This document shows, piece by piece, positions 13,384-28,545 of a DNA stretch of 64,000 nucleotides; within the stretch, counting starts at the first letter, position 1; the number at the start of each line of letters is the position of its first letter. The notes beneath the pieces were generated by a model. It searched no databases, was not told where the DNA came from, and saw only the letters and a list, made by a program, of their open reading frames with translations. The translations under genes were made by a program, and so were the position numbers. The stretch is from Eledone cirrhosa (taxonomy: Eukaryota): positions 131,378,001 to 131,442,000 of the forward strand of contig OZ024741.1 of NCBI GenBank assembly GCA_964016885.1, in the 5' to 3' direction.

Positions 13384-14799
13384 GAGAGAGAGAGAGAAAG
13401 AATAGTAGCCAAATGAATGGAAAGATGGTGCGATAGAAATAGATAGATAGCTGTAAGTTCGGTTTTGAAATCTATATCTATATCTATATATATATGTGTA
13501 TGTAGATATGCATACACACACACACACACACTCACACTCACACACACACATACACTCACACTCACACACACTCTCACATACACATACACACTCACTCACA
13601 TACATACATACACACACACGTATATATGATTATATATATATATAGGATAAATGTAATGTAGTTATATCTGTAGTTTAGATGATGCCACGCTGTGAAATTC
13701 TGAACAAATGTGAAAAACTGTGATTGCATCGAACACAAACTAGATCGTAACTGAAATAGCCCTTCTAATTTACATAATATGCAAATGATTCGAATGGGAA
13801 GATGTGAGAATGAGCATGTCCTCCATATATTTGTAGAAGAAGGAAGAAGTCACGGAACGAAGTGGTTAGTGTATCGTCTCACGATCATAAGGTTGTCAGT
13901 TCAATTACCGGTGCTGTGTTGTGTCCGTCAGCAAGCCACTTTATTCCACATTGCTCCAGTTAGAAAACTGAATTGTACCTGCAATTTAAAGGACTAACGT
14001 TGCCAAACTCTATGTCACGCTGTATACCTCACCCTACCCCACACTCGAGACATACAAGCAAGCTGTTCCCTACTCTGAAGAACTGGAACACTCGTCGTTG
14101 GTATCGACGGAGGTCCAGCACACTCATATTGAAGAAGGAATAAAGCTGTTATTTTCTTGATTATTCAGTCTTCCAACTGGTTGTAACTAGTGATGACCAC
14201 TTGGCCTGACAGACTAGATCCCGTAAAATATGGTGAAAAAGGATTGATGATTATCGACAACATTACAACCGAAACAGTAAAGTTACGATGATATCATGCA
14301 GTTTACTTTATCTGTAGTTTGACAGCTTGTAGAGCATATAATGAGGGACAGAGATATACGAACGCGGTCGAGGCCGAAAGCATCCATGTTGTATTTAAGT
14401 ATATTGGGATTGAATTGATGGCGTGCTTCAATGACATCATCATAGCTATTGTGTGCCTATAAAAGATTAGAAACGTAAGCTTTAGGATCCGTTTGAAGAG
14501 CCAGAGAATCTTGTATAAAGTTCCTTTTAAGCAGGAAAAACTGGGTCTGATCCTAAGTTTGAATACAAGTTTATGTATTTCGAAGTGATGATAGAGGAGA
14601 ATATCCACAAAATCACAAGCCAAGCATTAACAACCGGCTAAAATTGAATGAGGCCCAGTGGTTGTTACAAATGAATGTATAGTTCCACCATCTTTATTGT
14701 TCACTTAACATACCGAAAAAGCGTATCTTACTAAAATTGTTAGGACTAAATAAATATTCCTAAGGTAACATTTCAATATTAATGCTCTTGTTTTCCAGA

Positions 14800-15010
14800 A
14801 TCGTGAGGACGCGGGACAAAATGCTTCGTAATGATTGGGTACCGTTCTTTACCTTCTGAATTCAAATCACGCCGTACTTAACTTTGCCTTTCCTCCTTCT
14901 GGGGTTGATAAAAGAAAATACTACTCAACTACTGGGGTTGGTATAATCAAGCTTACCGTCCCTTCGAAATTACTGGCCTTTTGCCAAAATTAGAAATCAA
15001 TAGTAGAAAC
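14800..15010 (+). mobile_element. SINE copy (same family as 7835-8052)
   Basis: gaattcaaatcac..actttgcctttcctccttctggggttgataaaa..ctggccttttgccaaaattagaaa. Confidence 0.65.
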
Positions 15011-15151
15011 AATTCTTGATATTCAATATTGATAAACATTGATAGTCTAATGTAACAATTTGTTTTAAATATATTCCGCAATGTTTCTGGCAAACTACAA
15101 CACACACACAATTATATATATAAATAAATAAATATATATGTGTGCGTGTGT

Positions 15152-15261
<110 letters not shown>

Positions 15262-15453
15262 TGTGTGTGTGTGTGTACATATATATATATATATATATTT
15301 CACTAACTATTGGTACACACGATTTTTGGATCAGATTCCGAAATATCTGAAAAGGCAGGCCAATGAGCGCATATTGCAATAAGTATGGGTATAGCACAAC
15401 ATGACTGGCTTTGTTCTCCTCCAGCTATGGATATAGTAGACCAAATTATACTA

Positions 15454-15538
<85 letters not shown>

Positions 15539-15539
<1 letters not shown>

Positions 15540-16406
15540 GAGGTGTGTCAGAAAAGAACCTGGACTGAGATGGCAAAAAATCTTTCAAATCTAAACTACA
15601 AACTACAGATTTTCCCCTTCGAAATAAATCCCCTCGAGTCTAACGCACTTCCCAATCCTTCTTCTCCACACCTCCATGCACTCCTGGAAGTATTCTCCCG
15701 GGATTCTCCACTGCTTCATCATTACGGCCTTCTTTGATGGCTTCCGCATCTGGAAAAAGGGGCCTATTGAAGACCTTATTGGGATTGGGGAAAAGGAAAA
15801 GCGTCTGGTTCGGTTTAAAGATGCTCGAGGATGTCATAACACACCTGCATGCGCCGCCCCTTATGGTCATCGTTCAGTAGCTTCGGCACAATCTTCGCGA
15901 GACATCTTCCGCATAACCTAATCTTCTATGATAATCTTTCAGGCATTGTCGCAGTTCATGCCTAGCTCACTTGCTATTACTTGAATAGTCAGCTGACGAT
16001 CGCTACTCCCCACCTGCCTCATGCGCTCAACGTTGGCCTCAGTCCTGCTCGTTGAAGACTTTCCGCTCCTGGGGGTCGTTTTTCACGCCCTCACATACCT
16101 CTTTCAAAGTTTTGTGCCACTCTAAAGCCGTGACTTGCTGCAGTATTCCGAGTGCTTCTGAAGGAGTTTTCCCTAATCGGACCAGAAACTTTAGGCTGGT
16201 TCGTTGCTTTGTACCCATCACTTGCCGGCCCAAAATTGAGGACCTGTTAACAAAAGCGCGTAAAAAAACATACAGTGGCTGTAGGGAACTGAAATTGCAG
16301 TTATATACTCCCCTGATATTACGTCACACAGTGATGCAACCCACCAATCCTTCCCACTCATATCTCACACAGCACACTAAGCCCTGTTACTTTTTGACAC
16401 ACCTCA
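15539..16406 (-). mobile_element. Internally deleted mariner-family DNA transposon inserted in a TA array
   Basis: TIRs cgaggtgtgtcagaaaag / ctttttgacacacctca with TA flanks; minus ORF QRTSLKFLVRLGKTPSEALGILQQV is a mariner N-terminal HTH. Confidence 0.8.
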
Positions 16407-16899
16407 TATATATATACGTATATATATGTATGCATAGACAGATAGGGATAATATATATATATATATATATATATATAGATATATATGTGTGTGTGTGTGT
16501 GTGTGTATTTTTGTATTCTTCTATATATGTATGTAGTGAAAGCGATTAGTTTAGAGGTTAATGTGCTGGACTCACAATTGTATGGCCATGATTTCGATTC
16601 CAGGAGCTGGCGGCGCGTGGTGTTCGAATATGTTACTTTATTTCCCGTGGCCTCTGTGCACTTAGCTGGGAAACTGAGTTACGATAACATCATTGGTAGC
16701 GTAGAGAGACTGATCAGCACATTTAGAACATATAGACATTTGCCGCCTCTTTTTTGTCTTACTTTTACTTGTGTTTCATGAATTTTAATAACAATTTTAG
16801 AATGTTTTGTCAGGTTTTAGCGTTTGTGTGTGACAGACGGACAAAAAAAAACAAAAAAACAAAAAACAGTTATTATAATATAGATTGTTTTTCGATTTC

Positions 16900-17632
16900 T
16901 TTCCCAGATTTTCAAGTTGTTTTCCCGCTAATTCGTAAAAGTTCATGCAGTGATCGTTTCTTTAGTTTCGAGCGTTGTATTTGCTGTTTCTGTATTCTGA
17001 CTTGTTCATGGTAGGGAGTTCGGATTAGCAGATGTCATTTTCTCATTTTCTTATAGTTGGGACTGGTGATACAATATTTTGCAGTTCATGACAGTATTTA
17101 TTTTGAAATATTGCGTATGTTTGAATTATTAAGTTATTTAGAAACAGTAATCTAATGGACGGATGAAGGACGTTTAGAATGGTATGAAATATTTATAGTT
17201 TCCCATTTATTTTATCAAAATATAAAGCATTATTCGAGAAAGCATTTGAATAGCATATTCTTTAAAGTTTTGTTCAAATGTTTTCTCCTAAAACTCACAT
17301 CACAGAGACAGTGTATAAAAGCCACTTTTGTACTCAGAGCTATTCAATTTAACTAACTATACATTTTCCCATCAATGTTAAAGCTGCTTTCCTCTAATAT
17401 TAAGTGCAGGGCTTTGATGATAAAATATGTTTTAAAGCATTCGTTTATCAAGTCGCTGTTTTTCTACGCAGTACCTGATAGGTGTTAGGCTTAATGGATG
17501 TGATATGTCAGTATAAAGACATGTTACATAGTATCTTCTTAAGATAGTGCCCTCTTGAATGTATTTGAGAAGTTCCAAGTCAATTGGTACGTAGCGTGTG
17601 GTCTTTAAATATAGAGTGTTAGGTAGCAATGT
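16900..17632 (-). mobile_element. Penelope-like element reverse transcriptase remnant
   Basis: YVTCLYTDISHPLSL resembles PLE DVxSLYTNIPH; downstream SFNIDGKMY..IALSTKVA resembles F.F....Y.Q..G.AMG..A. Confidence 0.6.
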
Positions 17633-17633
17633 A

Positions 17634-18878
17634 CGAGGATGGGTTGAACAATTCATAGGCTGTCTATGAAGGTAATGCTAGATTTGTGAAGCCTTGCATG
17701 CATTAATTTCAAATCTTATTAATAACTACATTGTTTCTTTCCATGTAAACTGATATCTTACTGTTCAATGAAGACTTCAAAAGTAACTAGTAGCGATTTC
17801 TCTTGAAAATAGACATAATTTGGCATGATAGTGTTATCAAATATCTACAGAAAAAGGGTTTAGCCCCCAAGGACATTCGTGTTAATAGGGTTGCTACATT
17901 AGGAGATGAGGCTCCAGCTTTAACAACAGTCCAAAAGTGTGCAACTGAATTTATGAGAGGAAGAGAGAGTCTTCAAGATGACCCAAGGTCTGGACCTCCT
18001 GTAAACACGAAGAAAAGCATTGATAGTGTTCACCACAAGATGATAAATGACATTGCTATTAATATATCCCATGAGAGAGTTAAAAATATTATACTCAATA
18101 AACTTCGCTTGATGAAGTTTTCTGCTCGATGTGTGTCCCGTCTTCTAACACTCGTTCAAAAGTGCATCAGGCTGATTACATCACGAGTAAATCTAACGTT
18201 ATTTGAGGTAGATCCAGCAGGTTTCCTTGAATGTTTTCTAACTCAGGATGCGCGTTGGGTTCATCACGTTGGGCCAGAGACAAAGAGACAATTCATGCAC
18301 TGGAAACATGACTTCTTACCTTCTCCAAAGAAGGCCAAGGTCATTTCATCTTCAGGGAAGGTGATGAGCTCATTTGTTGGTGATGCAAAAGTCATTCTGT
18401 TTATTGACTATCTTCAAAACGGCCACATCATGAATGGCGACTACTAGGCCAACTTGCTGAGGCAGTTAGGATTGGCTATCAAGAAAAAAACGCCCAGGAA
18501 AACTGATGAAAGGGGCCTTGTTTCATCATGACAATGTCCTTGGTTTCAATGGCTGCTGTGCGTGACTGTGGCTTTGGAAGGGTTGCTCACCCTCCCTATT
18601 CCCCTGATTTGGCCTTATCTGACTACCATCTGTTCTCCAGCATGTAAAAAAACTTCGCTGAAAGCCAGTAACGTAGTGAAGATTACGTCATATCTGCTGT
18701 TGATGACTTTCTTTACTAACAGGATCAAGGCATCTTCACCAATGGTATCCAAGCATTGCAACAGTGTTGGATGAAGTGTATGGACTGCAAGGAGGACTAT
18801 GTTCCAAAACAAACCTCATTTAGTCATATTCCACGAGAAATATCTTTGTCAGCCTTTGAGATTTTCAACCGACCCTCG
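17634..18878 (+). mobile_element. Near full-length (~1.25 kb) decayed mariner (DD34D) transposon
   Basis: TIRs cgaggatgggttgaacaattcataggctg / cagcctttgagattttcaaccgaccctcg with TA flanks; DDPRSG, LTQDARWVHH, FHHDN, HPPYSPDLALSDYHLF motifs; stops and frameshifts. Confidence 0.9.
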
Positions 18879-19547
18879 TATAATTTGACACGGACGTTGT
18901 GTTGGTGTTTGGGTTTAAGATGTTTAAATGTATGTATATGGCTTGTCATGTGTGTTCAAAGTCATCATACAATTAATAAAACTTGCCATGAGAGATGATT
19001 TAACATGTTTATACATAACTAAATCCACATAAATTTAAATTTCTAACGGTCATGCTTACATGTTATTCAGTTACATATATTCATAGAATGAAAAAAATAA
19101 CACACTCATACATACATAATCATACATTAATGCATTTGTGAAGACGGTATACTATTCTTCAAAGAGATCATAAATTATACAAACACACACATGTGTTTTA
19201 TATATGTCTACAGAAAAGTAATGAGAAATACACACACATACATACACACATACATACACACACACATACACACTCGCGTACACACACAATAGAACATGTC
19301 CATATATAAATCCATCAAACGTCACAAATATTCACGAGGATATAGAATTTACAACAGAAAAAATGTTACACTCTATTTATGTGGATTACCTACAGAAAGA
19401 CACAGACACAGACACACACACATACTTACATCCATATATGTATGTATTTTGCACAAAATACATACACACACGCTTCCTTATATATCCATACACATATATG
19501 TAGATGTAGACGTGTATATATATATATATACACACATCTTTTTCCCT

Positions 19548-20892
<1,345 letters not shown>

Positions 20893-21110
20893 CATGTATG
20901 TGCGTTTGGTAGTGTGTATGAGGGCTCCATGTGTTTTCCTTTGTAGGCAGAAAATTGAAAATTTTGTGCACCGAAAGTTTTTTATCCTACAAACTTACTC
21001 ATACATAGATGAATGTATAGACACACACACGCGCACACACACATACACACACACGCACATATATATACATATATGTATGTATGTTTATATGTATGTATGT
21101 AGATATCTAC

Positions 21111-21142
<32 letters not shown>

Positions 21143-21154
21143 GCACGCACACAC

Positions 21155-21206
<52 letters not shown>

Positions 21207-21395
21207 GTATATATATATATATACATATTTATATATATGAATGTGTATATGTATGTATACATGTGTAACTATACAGATATACGTTTATACTATTTGAATA
21301 CGCAATACTCTCTGATTCATCCACCTCATCTTCTTTACTCTTTTCCTCACTACTATTCTCTCAATTCCATTTTGTATCTCATCCTCCATTACAAC

Positions 21396-21438
<43 letters not shown>

Positions 21439-21668
21439 TCTACGCTCTCTCCTTCTCTCTCTACCCTCTCTCTCTCTCCATCTACGCTCTCTCTCTCTCG
21501 ATTTCCTTTTTTCGGTTTCTTTTTTCTTTTTTTCTCTCTCTATCACCCCTTTCTCTCTTTCTCGCCTTTCTGTTTTCTTTCTTTCTCTCTCTCCCCATCT
21601 CTCCACCTTTCACTCTCTCTTTCTCTTTCTCTCTTTCTATTAGTTTCTCTCGCCCCCTCTTTCTCCCC

Positions 21669-21733
<65 letters not shown>

Positions 21734-22166
21734 CACATCTGTCTCATTCTATCATGGAACCTCCTCGCTCCCCCCTTCTCTATCGTATGACCTCAATAGA
21801 GTGCAAATGCACTGATATATACAGGATCTGTCACTCTTTCCCTTGTTGGTGTTGTTTTATTGTTGTCTATATTGTTGCTGTTGTTGGAGTTGTAGATAAT
21901 GATGACGCTGATGTATCGCTGTGTGAGTGATGATGCCAGTAATAACAGCTAAAATCATTGTTTACGTATATGGTGTAATACGGTAAATATAGATACATAG
22001 AAGTACGTTGAATGTTAAGTTGAGAGAATAGAGATATAGGCAAATGGGCATGTAGACTTCAAAATAGATAGTAATAGAGTGATAACCAGAAGTCTCTTTC
22101 TATCTATGTCTTACCCCCCCCCCCCCTCTCTCTCTCTATATATATATATATATGTGTGTATATCAA

Positions 22167-22410
22167 GTAAGCTATAGCCACAAAACCACACCTAGACCTT
22201 GCAAGGCGAGCGGGGTTTTACGCCCAACGAAGCTGAAGTAAGCTATAGTCACTGAACCACAGCTAGAGATTGCAAGGTGAGCGGGGTTTTACGCTCAGCG
22301 AAGCCGAAGTAAGCTATAGTCACAGAATCACAGCTAGAGTTTGGAAGGTGAGCGGCGCTTTACACCCAGCGAAGCCGAAGTAAGCTATAGCCACAGAACC
22401 ATGGCTAAAT
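22167..22410. repeat. 71-bp tandem repeat, ~3.4 copies
   Basis: gtaagctatag starts at 22167, 22238, 22309 and 22380. Confidence 0.9.
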
Positions 22411-22798
22411 CTTGCGGAGCTTCTTCTACATTCTATCTTCTTCTAGTTGGCAAAGCCAGAAACAAAAACAAAACAAATAGACTTCTTCTTGTCGTTAGGC
22501 GGAGATTGAACTCAGAACACTATTTCCCAATTAAAATTAGCAGTTAAACAATTATATAACCAGAAGTTGTACCACTCAACCAACCGAGACTTCCTGAAAT
22601 TTTAAACATTTTTTAAAGTTATATTGCAAATATTAACCTTTGGAATCTTTATGGTCTTACCGACTTTACACTTACGTATTGATTTGCTGTAGTATTTTAT
22701 ACCGTTGGATACCGGGTTCGGTTATTCTATCAATCATTAAAGATTAAAATTTACTTTTATTTATTTAATTATTTTCATTTTTATCTGTACAAATAACT

Positions 22799-22936
<138 letters not shown>

Positions 22937-23479
22937 TGTGACGCTAAACTCCGTCAGTTGCAGACTGCGCATCAATATGAGATATTTTTCTCCACAAAGT
23001 TCGATCACCATCAGCAGAGTTTAAAGAGCAAACATCAAGTCCAGTCCATATGTTGACATTACCAAGTCATCGTTCTGGCTGCCGGCCTCTGATTCTCTAC
23101 CAGCCAACCTTCCTTCCAGGCATAACCTACTCACACCACGAGTTTTTCTTTTTCTATGACAGTATAGTTTGACTTAACAATATTCTTGACTTAACAATTA
23201 ATGTAATTGGTCTAAATTTGGTAATGTTGAGCAGCTCACCGATATAGATACCGTCGCTGAGCCACTTGTCAGTTATAAGCCTCATGATGTGGTTCTGGAA
23301 TGTAGAGAGTTTTTGAAATGGCCTTGTCGTTCAATTAACACAGTCAAGACCATATAACACAACTGGTAGGATGTAAGTATCAAAGATCTTAGCCTGCAAA
23401 TGATAGGAAACTCGTTTTGATGTTAGTACTTCCTAGTTCTTGTTGAAAGCTGCCCAACAGCATATATCAAAACAGATTT

Positions 23480-23891
23480 AGGAAATACACGCTGTATAGA
23501 CATCTTGAAGGGAGTTAAGCAGTGGGGTGTACTATCAGCACTTCTTTTCTATATAGTTATAGCTGCACTTATCTACGAAACTGAAGAAGAATGCTCCTCT
23601 TGCTATCAAATAGGAGGCAACATTCTATCAAATCTTAGCTATGCAGACGATCTGACCCTCATAAGTTACTCTAGAACTGATCTGCAAGACTTTCTGAATG
23701 TACTGGCCAAACATTTGCTAGGGGCTGGCATACCCATCAACATCTCCAAAACAAAGTTTATGACAACTGATAAAAACAATGCCAATCTCCAACTCACAAT
23801 CTACAACCAGCAAATTGCTCGAGTTACGGAGTTTGTATATCTCGGTCACAAACTATCATCAAACAACAATGGAATGGTTGCTGCGCAGTAT

Positions 23892-23895
<4 letters not shown>
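23480..23895 (+). mobile_element. RTE-like LINE RT fragment ending at a (TA)n array
   Basis: KGVKQWGVLSALLF, LSYADDL, INISKTKFM, EFVYLG motifs. Confidence 0.8.
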
Positions 23896-23962
<67 letters not shown>

Positions 23963-24792
23963 GTATATAAAGAGTGAGTGAGAGAGAGGCTGTCTGGCAT
24001 GCCTACACAGATATTCATAGATACGCTCGTGAGTGTTGTACAAATATAGCCGAATATACATATACATCATCTCCTTCTTCCTTGCATTTTAGCCCTACCT
24101 TGCAACTGGAAGCCACTTTCCTTGAAAGCCTTTCGAAATCTCACAATGCCACTTTCAGTAACTAGAAGAAAATCGAAATATATACGTATCTCTACCACGA
24201 GTACACATAATATATCGAACATTTTTCATAGATAGACGAAATACAATGGCTAAGGTAATTAAGCCTAGTTTCTAATAACGGAAATGCTGCAATATTATAT
24301 TTATCACCCCACGTCATATCCTATCAAAACCACATCGCATAATTTAATAGATGCTCCAGTTCAAATTTTGTTTGGGGTTGACAAAATAAACTACCAGTTT
24401 TTGAAAACTCATATTCTAAACATTAATCTCTGAAAACTTTATCGTCTTTCCTGATTTATGGATTGCATCAAATATCTATATAATATCCTTCCATACTGGC
24501 TTCGTTTATTCTATTATTTGTCAGACTCTACTTTTAATATTATTTATTTTCATATTTTCCGCTACAAACAACTAATTATATATATATATTTTTTTTCTTG
24601 CCATTTATTCTTCTTTGCATCCGCCCCTCTTATATTTCTAACTTGCTTTACGTCCTTTTCTTCTTTAAGTTTATCATATTATTTATGGCATAAAAACATG
24701 GAGATTTGATGAAATAAATCACTGCCAATACTGGAATTGAATAATTATTTTGATTATAATCAAAACCGTAGTGGTATGTCACATATCAAATC

Positions 24793-24861
24793 ATATATTT
24801 TGTCTGATGAAAACGTACATAAACACCATTGTACCTTTGAAATATGTATAATAAAATATAT
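24793..24861 (+). ncRNA. Type I hammerhead ribozyme motif (AUA cleavage triplet)
   Basis: Stem I atatattttgt/ataaaatatat; CTGATGA 24804-24810; stem II aaa(c)gtaca/tgtac(c)ttt; GAAA 24839-24842; stem III T-ATGT-A; ATA 24848-24850. Confidence 0.75.
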
Positions 24862-24901
24862 ATTTTCATTATGAGAATATTCTTCATTTATTAACATTTT
24901 G

Positions 24902-25096
<195 letters not shown>

Positions 25097-25112
25097 TATG
25101 TATATCAATTTA

Positions 25113-25402
25113 ATTATATGAGTATAAAGAAAGTGTCCAAGCGCAGAAATGCTATAAAGATTTCCTATAGAATAGAGTGAAAACCTTTAAAAGACAGGAA
25201 AAGAATCTGCCAACGACCGCTAGGAGGAATTCAACCCCATATCTTCAAGATATCTTCTGCCACTATCTGGAAAATATCAGGTTCAATTCCTCATAGCAGT
25301 CATTGGCAAATTCTTTTTCCGTCCTTTAAGGGTCTTCACCCTATTTTACAAGCTATCTTTACAGTATTTCTGCCCTTAAGCACTTTCTTTATACTTATAT
25401 GA
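25113..25402. mobile_element. Old imperfect palindromic (MITE-like) element between TA arrays
   Basis: atatgagtataaagaaagtg..aagaatctgccaacgac..gaggaattcaacc mirrored by ggttcaattcctc..gtcattggcaaattctt..cactttctttatacttatat. Confidence 0.7.
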
Positions 25403-25449
25403 TTACATATAGTCTCATCGCTTCAAAAGCCCAAATTTCAGCTTCGTAC

Positions 25450-25490
<41 letters not shown>

Positions 25491-25493
<3 letters not shown>

Positions 25494-25970
25494 AAAGTTT
25501 TATTTAAAATTGTTGGGTTACAACGAGTAAATATTTTATAACTGATATAAAAGCACTCAACAGTTTTTGGAGTAGGTTTACGATATTAAACAAATGGAAA
25601 CTATATTTATAAAACCATATTTATTTCGTTATATATATTTCTGGGATATCATATTAAAAATATGGTATGCCTTCCTCAGACAAAATACAATACATAAGCT
25701 GTTTTATAAATAATTTTGACATACCTTAGAATAATGCAACTTCCATTTAAAAAGTTGATCTCGCTCTGTTGTTTTTCTTTACATACATCTCTTCATCTTC
25801 TTCTTTTTATCTTCGTTTTTCTTCGTCTTTCTTTCTCTACAACTGTCCTTAACAGTTTCACTACCAAATCAACTTTTTAAATGGAAGTTGCATTATTCTA
25901 AGGTATGTCAAAATTATTTATAAAACAGCTTATATATTGTATTTTGTCTGAGGAAGGCATACCATATTTT
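25491..25970. mobile_element. Hammerhead-bearing foldback insert between TA arrays (arms ~25656-25758 and ~25868-25970)
   Basis: Near-perfect ~100-bp inverted repeat; the right arm carries CTGAGGA and stops mid stem II at the TA run. Confidence 0.75.
25622..25687 (-). ncRNA. Type I hammerhead ribozyme motif (AUA)
   Basis: Minus strand: tattttgt CTGAGGA a ggcataccatatt ttt aatatgatatccc a GAAA tatat ATA acgaaata; 8-bp stem I, long imperfect stem II, palindromic stem III. Confidence 0.75.
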
Positions 25971-26039
25971 TATATATATATATATATATATTGGATCTCA
26001 TGTAAAAGTCGCCCCTAGTATGATTAATTGTTGTAATTG

Positions 26040-26191
26040 TTTTTTTTTTCTTAATTTTTTTCATCCTTTCTTTAGGACTTCTGTTATTTTCTTTGAAAGC
26101 AACGTTATTGTATTGGCCCCTAAAGTACTCCCATGGGCCCCCAAGGAACCCACGCACCATAAAGCAAGCTGATGATCTGGCCAGTCCGCCA

Positions 26192-26194
<3 letters not shown>
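26040..26194. mobile_element. MITE-like family with CAGTGGCGG terminus in TA arrays; relatives at ~44929-45110, ~46135-46372, ~47411-47617
   Basis: Terminal agtccgccactg|TA at 26194 and 46372, tagtggcggg at 47410; shared internal blocks (ttaggggccaat; ttggagaaggtaag). Confidence 0.55.
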
Positions 26195-26250
<56 letters not shown>

Positions 26251-26270
26251 TTTATATGTATGTATATATT

Positions 26271-26334
<64 letters not shown>

Positions 26335-26599
26335 TGAGTCGTTTGGATGACTTGAAATTTAAAATGCTGACATCTAAACATAGAATCGCTACATTGATAA
26401 TAGCATTCGAAAATCGGGTAGAGTACGCTTAGGGACAGAAGATATGTGACTATCCCCAGGTACCATGTCGTCTGTAAATTCCAGCTGACTGATCCTACAC
26501 TCAGTGTTCAATCATCTTGCTGGGGATTGCGGACATGAGCAGTGAAAATATGCACACTTAGCGGATTTTGACATCCACATTGAATAGTTTTGACTTAGC

Positions 26600-27600
26600 A
26601 TTATTTATTCGAGCAGAAATACTAGGGCATTCGTTTAGGGAATTAAAGGCAACGAGTATCTATCAGTCGATCCCATACTTCTGCAGAACCATCCACAGGG
26701 CGTATGCATTTTCGAAGTTCATGAAATAAGACCTGTTTCGGTATGAATATTTGGTCGGCTGTGCTATATGCCAGGCTAAAAGCACACTGTTCGTCAGCCA
26801 GCTTAGACTCGACAATAACCCTACATCTTTTTCCCACACGTTTAGCATAGACATTACCGGGGAGGCTTACCAAGAAGATCCACCAATAATTGGAGCAATC
26901 TCTATGTTTCCTCTTTTGAGAATTGGGATTATCACTCCCGAGTGCCATTTCTTTGGTGCCTTTCCAGATACCCACGCTATCTAGCGCACACGAGTCAGCC
27001 AAATATACCTCCTCTACATAAGGCAGTTAACATATTGGGTTTAATTTCATTCTCCCCAGAGGTCTTGCAGCATTTGAGGTCTTTAATTGGTCTGGTGACT
27101 TCAGCCTCCGTAAGGTTTGTCTTCGCTCCTAGATTCAACTCATGTGCATAAGAAATTGTTGTTGTAACTAAGCTAATTAGTTTCCAACCCACTTCAACGT
27201 CCTCAGTTTTTTCGGGGAGTTCTCTGAATTTGAATGCAATAGTATCCGCATACCTGATCTTTTCCCCAGGCAACGCTGCCCAATTTATCTTGTGGTTCAA
27301 ACTGGAACCGCCATTTTTTTGTATTTACTTGACTTTAAGTAAGCTTCAGGCTCCAGATATCTAGATGTTGATCAGTTGTCAGCTCAATCCCCCCCTCTTA
27401 ATACCAACAGCACATAATCGAAGAAATCACAGACAATAAAAAAAAAATCAATTACTAAATTCTGTCCCCGATTTCCATTATACCATGTATACTTATGGAT
27501 ATCTTTGTACTGGAAAACGGTGCTCATTACAAAGAGCCCATTACTAGAATAGAAGTCTAATAAGGCCTCACCACATTAAGATCAGGGTTGCCGACAAATT
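26600..27600 (-). mobile_element. Decayed RTE-like LINE (endonuclease-RT region)
   Basis: LTEAEVTRPIKDLKCCKTSGENEIKPNML; CSNY..LVSLPGNVYAK..EQCAF..STADQIF RT N-terminal motifs. Confidence 0.7.
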
Positions 27601-28109
27601 AATCTAAACTTCATATATGAAATTGGATTCTAACATTGAAATCAGAAATTAATATCAGAATATCATATACGTGTATTTAGAAGTAGTTGAAACTGATGAG
27701 ATTTATCACAATTTATAATAAAGGATAGAACCATAATAGGAACAAATCTTACGAAATAGGAAATAGGTAAATATCAAAAACTAAACTCAATGGAATAATA
27801 GGATAATAGATATAAATTCATTGTCCATCAAAAGCTATTGTCTCAGTATAATAAATTGGATATAATATGAATTGAATAGCTTAGATAGAAAAACGAGAAA
27901 ATCTCCCCCAGCATTGTGAATCTACGATGCTAAAGCTGACAAAAAATAGGCGGCACCTATAATTAAACGGGAATAAAAAGGTCTGGTCTAATTAAAATAC
28001 TATTACTAATTAATCAGAGTGGATCTACTTAAAAGGAAACAAAGGGAGATTAATTAGAATAAGACGAAAACAAACAGACAAATGAAACAACTGTTCATAT
28101 TATGTATAT

Positions 28110-28510
28110 ATAGGCGGCATATAGTTACATCCCTTTACATTGTGTGTTCAAATCCTGCCGAGCTTAGCTTTGCCTTTCATCCTCAAAGGGTCGATAAAAT
28201 AAAATACCAGTAATGCACTGAGCTAGATTTAATCGACTGGAGCACCCCCAGAAAAATTGTTGGCCTTGAACCTAAATCAGAAACCATGATGAGGTAGTGG
28301 GTTGCAGTATTGATAGAGCGTCAGAAAACAAGCTTCGTCGCATAGGTTGCGGCCCTTTATGTTCTGAGTTCAAATCCCGCTGAGGTTAGCTTTGCCTTTC
28401 ACCTTTTAAAGGGTCGATAAAATATAGTGCCAATGACGCACTGAGGTCGATTTAATCGACTGTACTCACCCACAAAATTGTTGTACTTGTGTCAATAAAT
28501 TAGAAGTTTA
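28110..28510 (+). mobile_element. Two tandem SINE copies
   Basis: gttcaaatcc..tttgcctttca..gggtcgataaaat occurs twice. Confidence 0.75.
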
Positions 28511-28545
28511 TAACACTGAAAGAAAAAACAAGGTTAGATGAGAAA

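Noticed and set aside
22167-22410. CRISPR-like regular repeats (also 55400-56182)
   Set aside because: Whole units repeat with no unique spacers, there are no cas genes and the context is eukaryotic.
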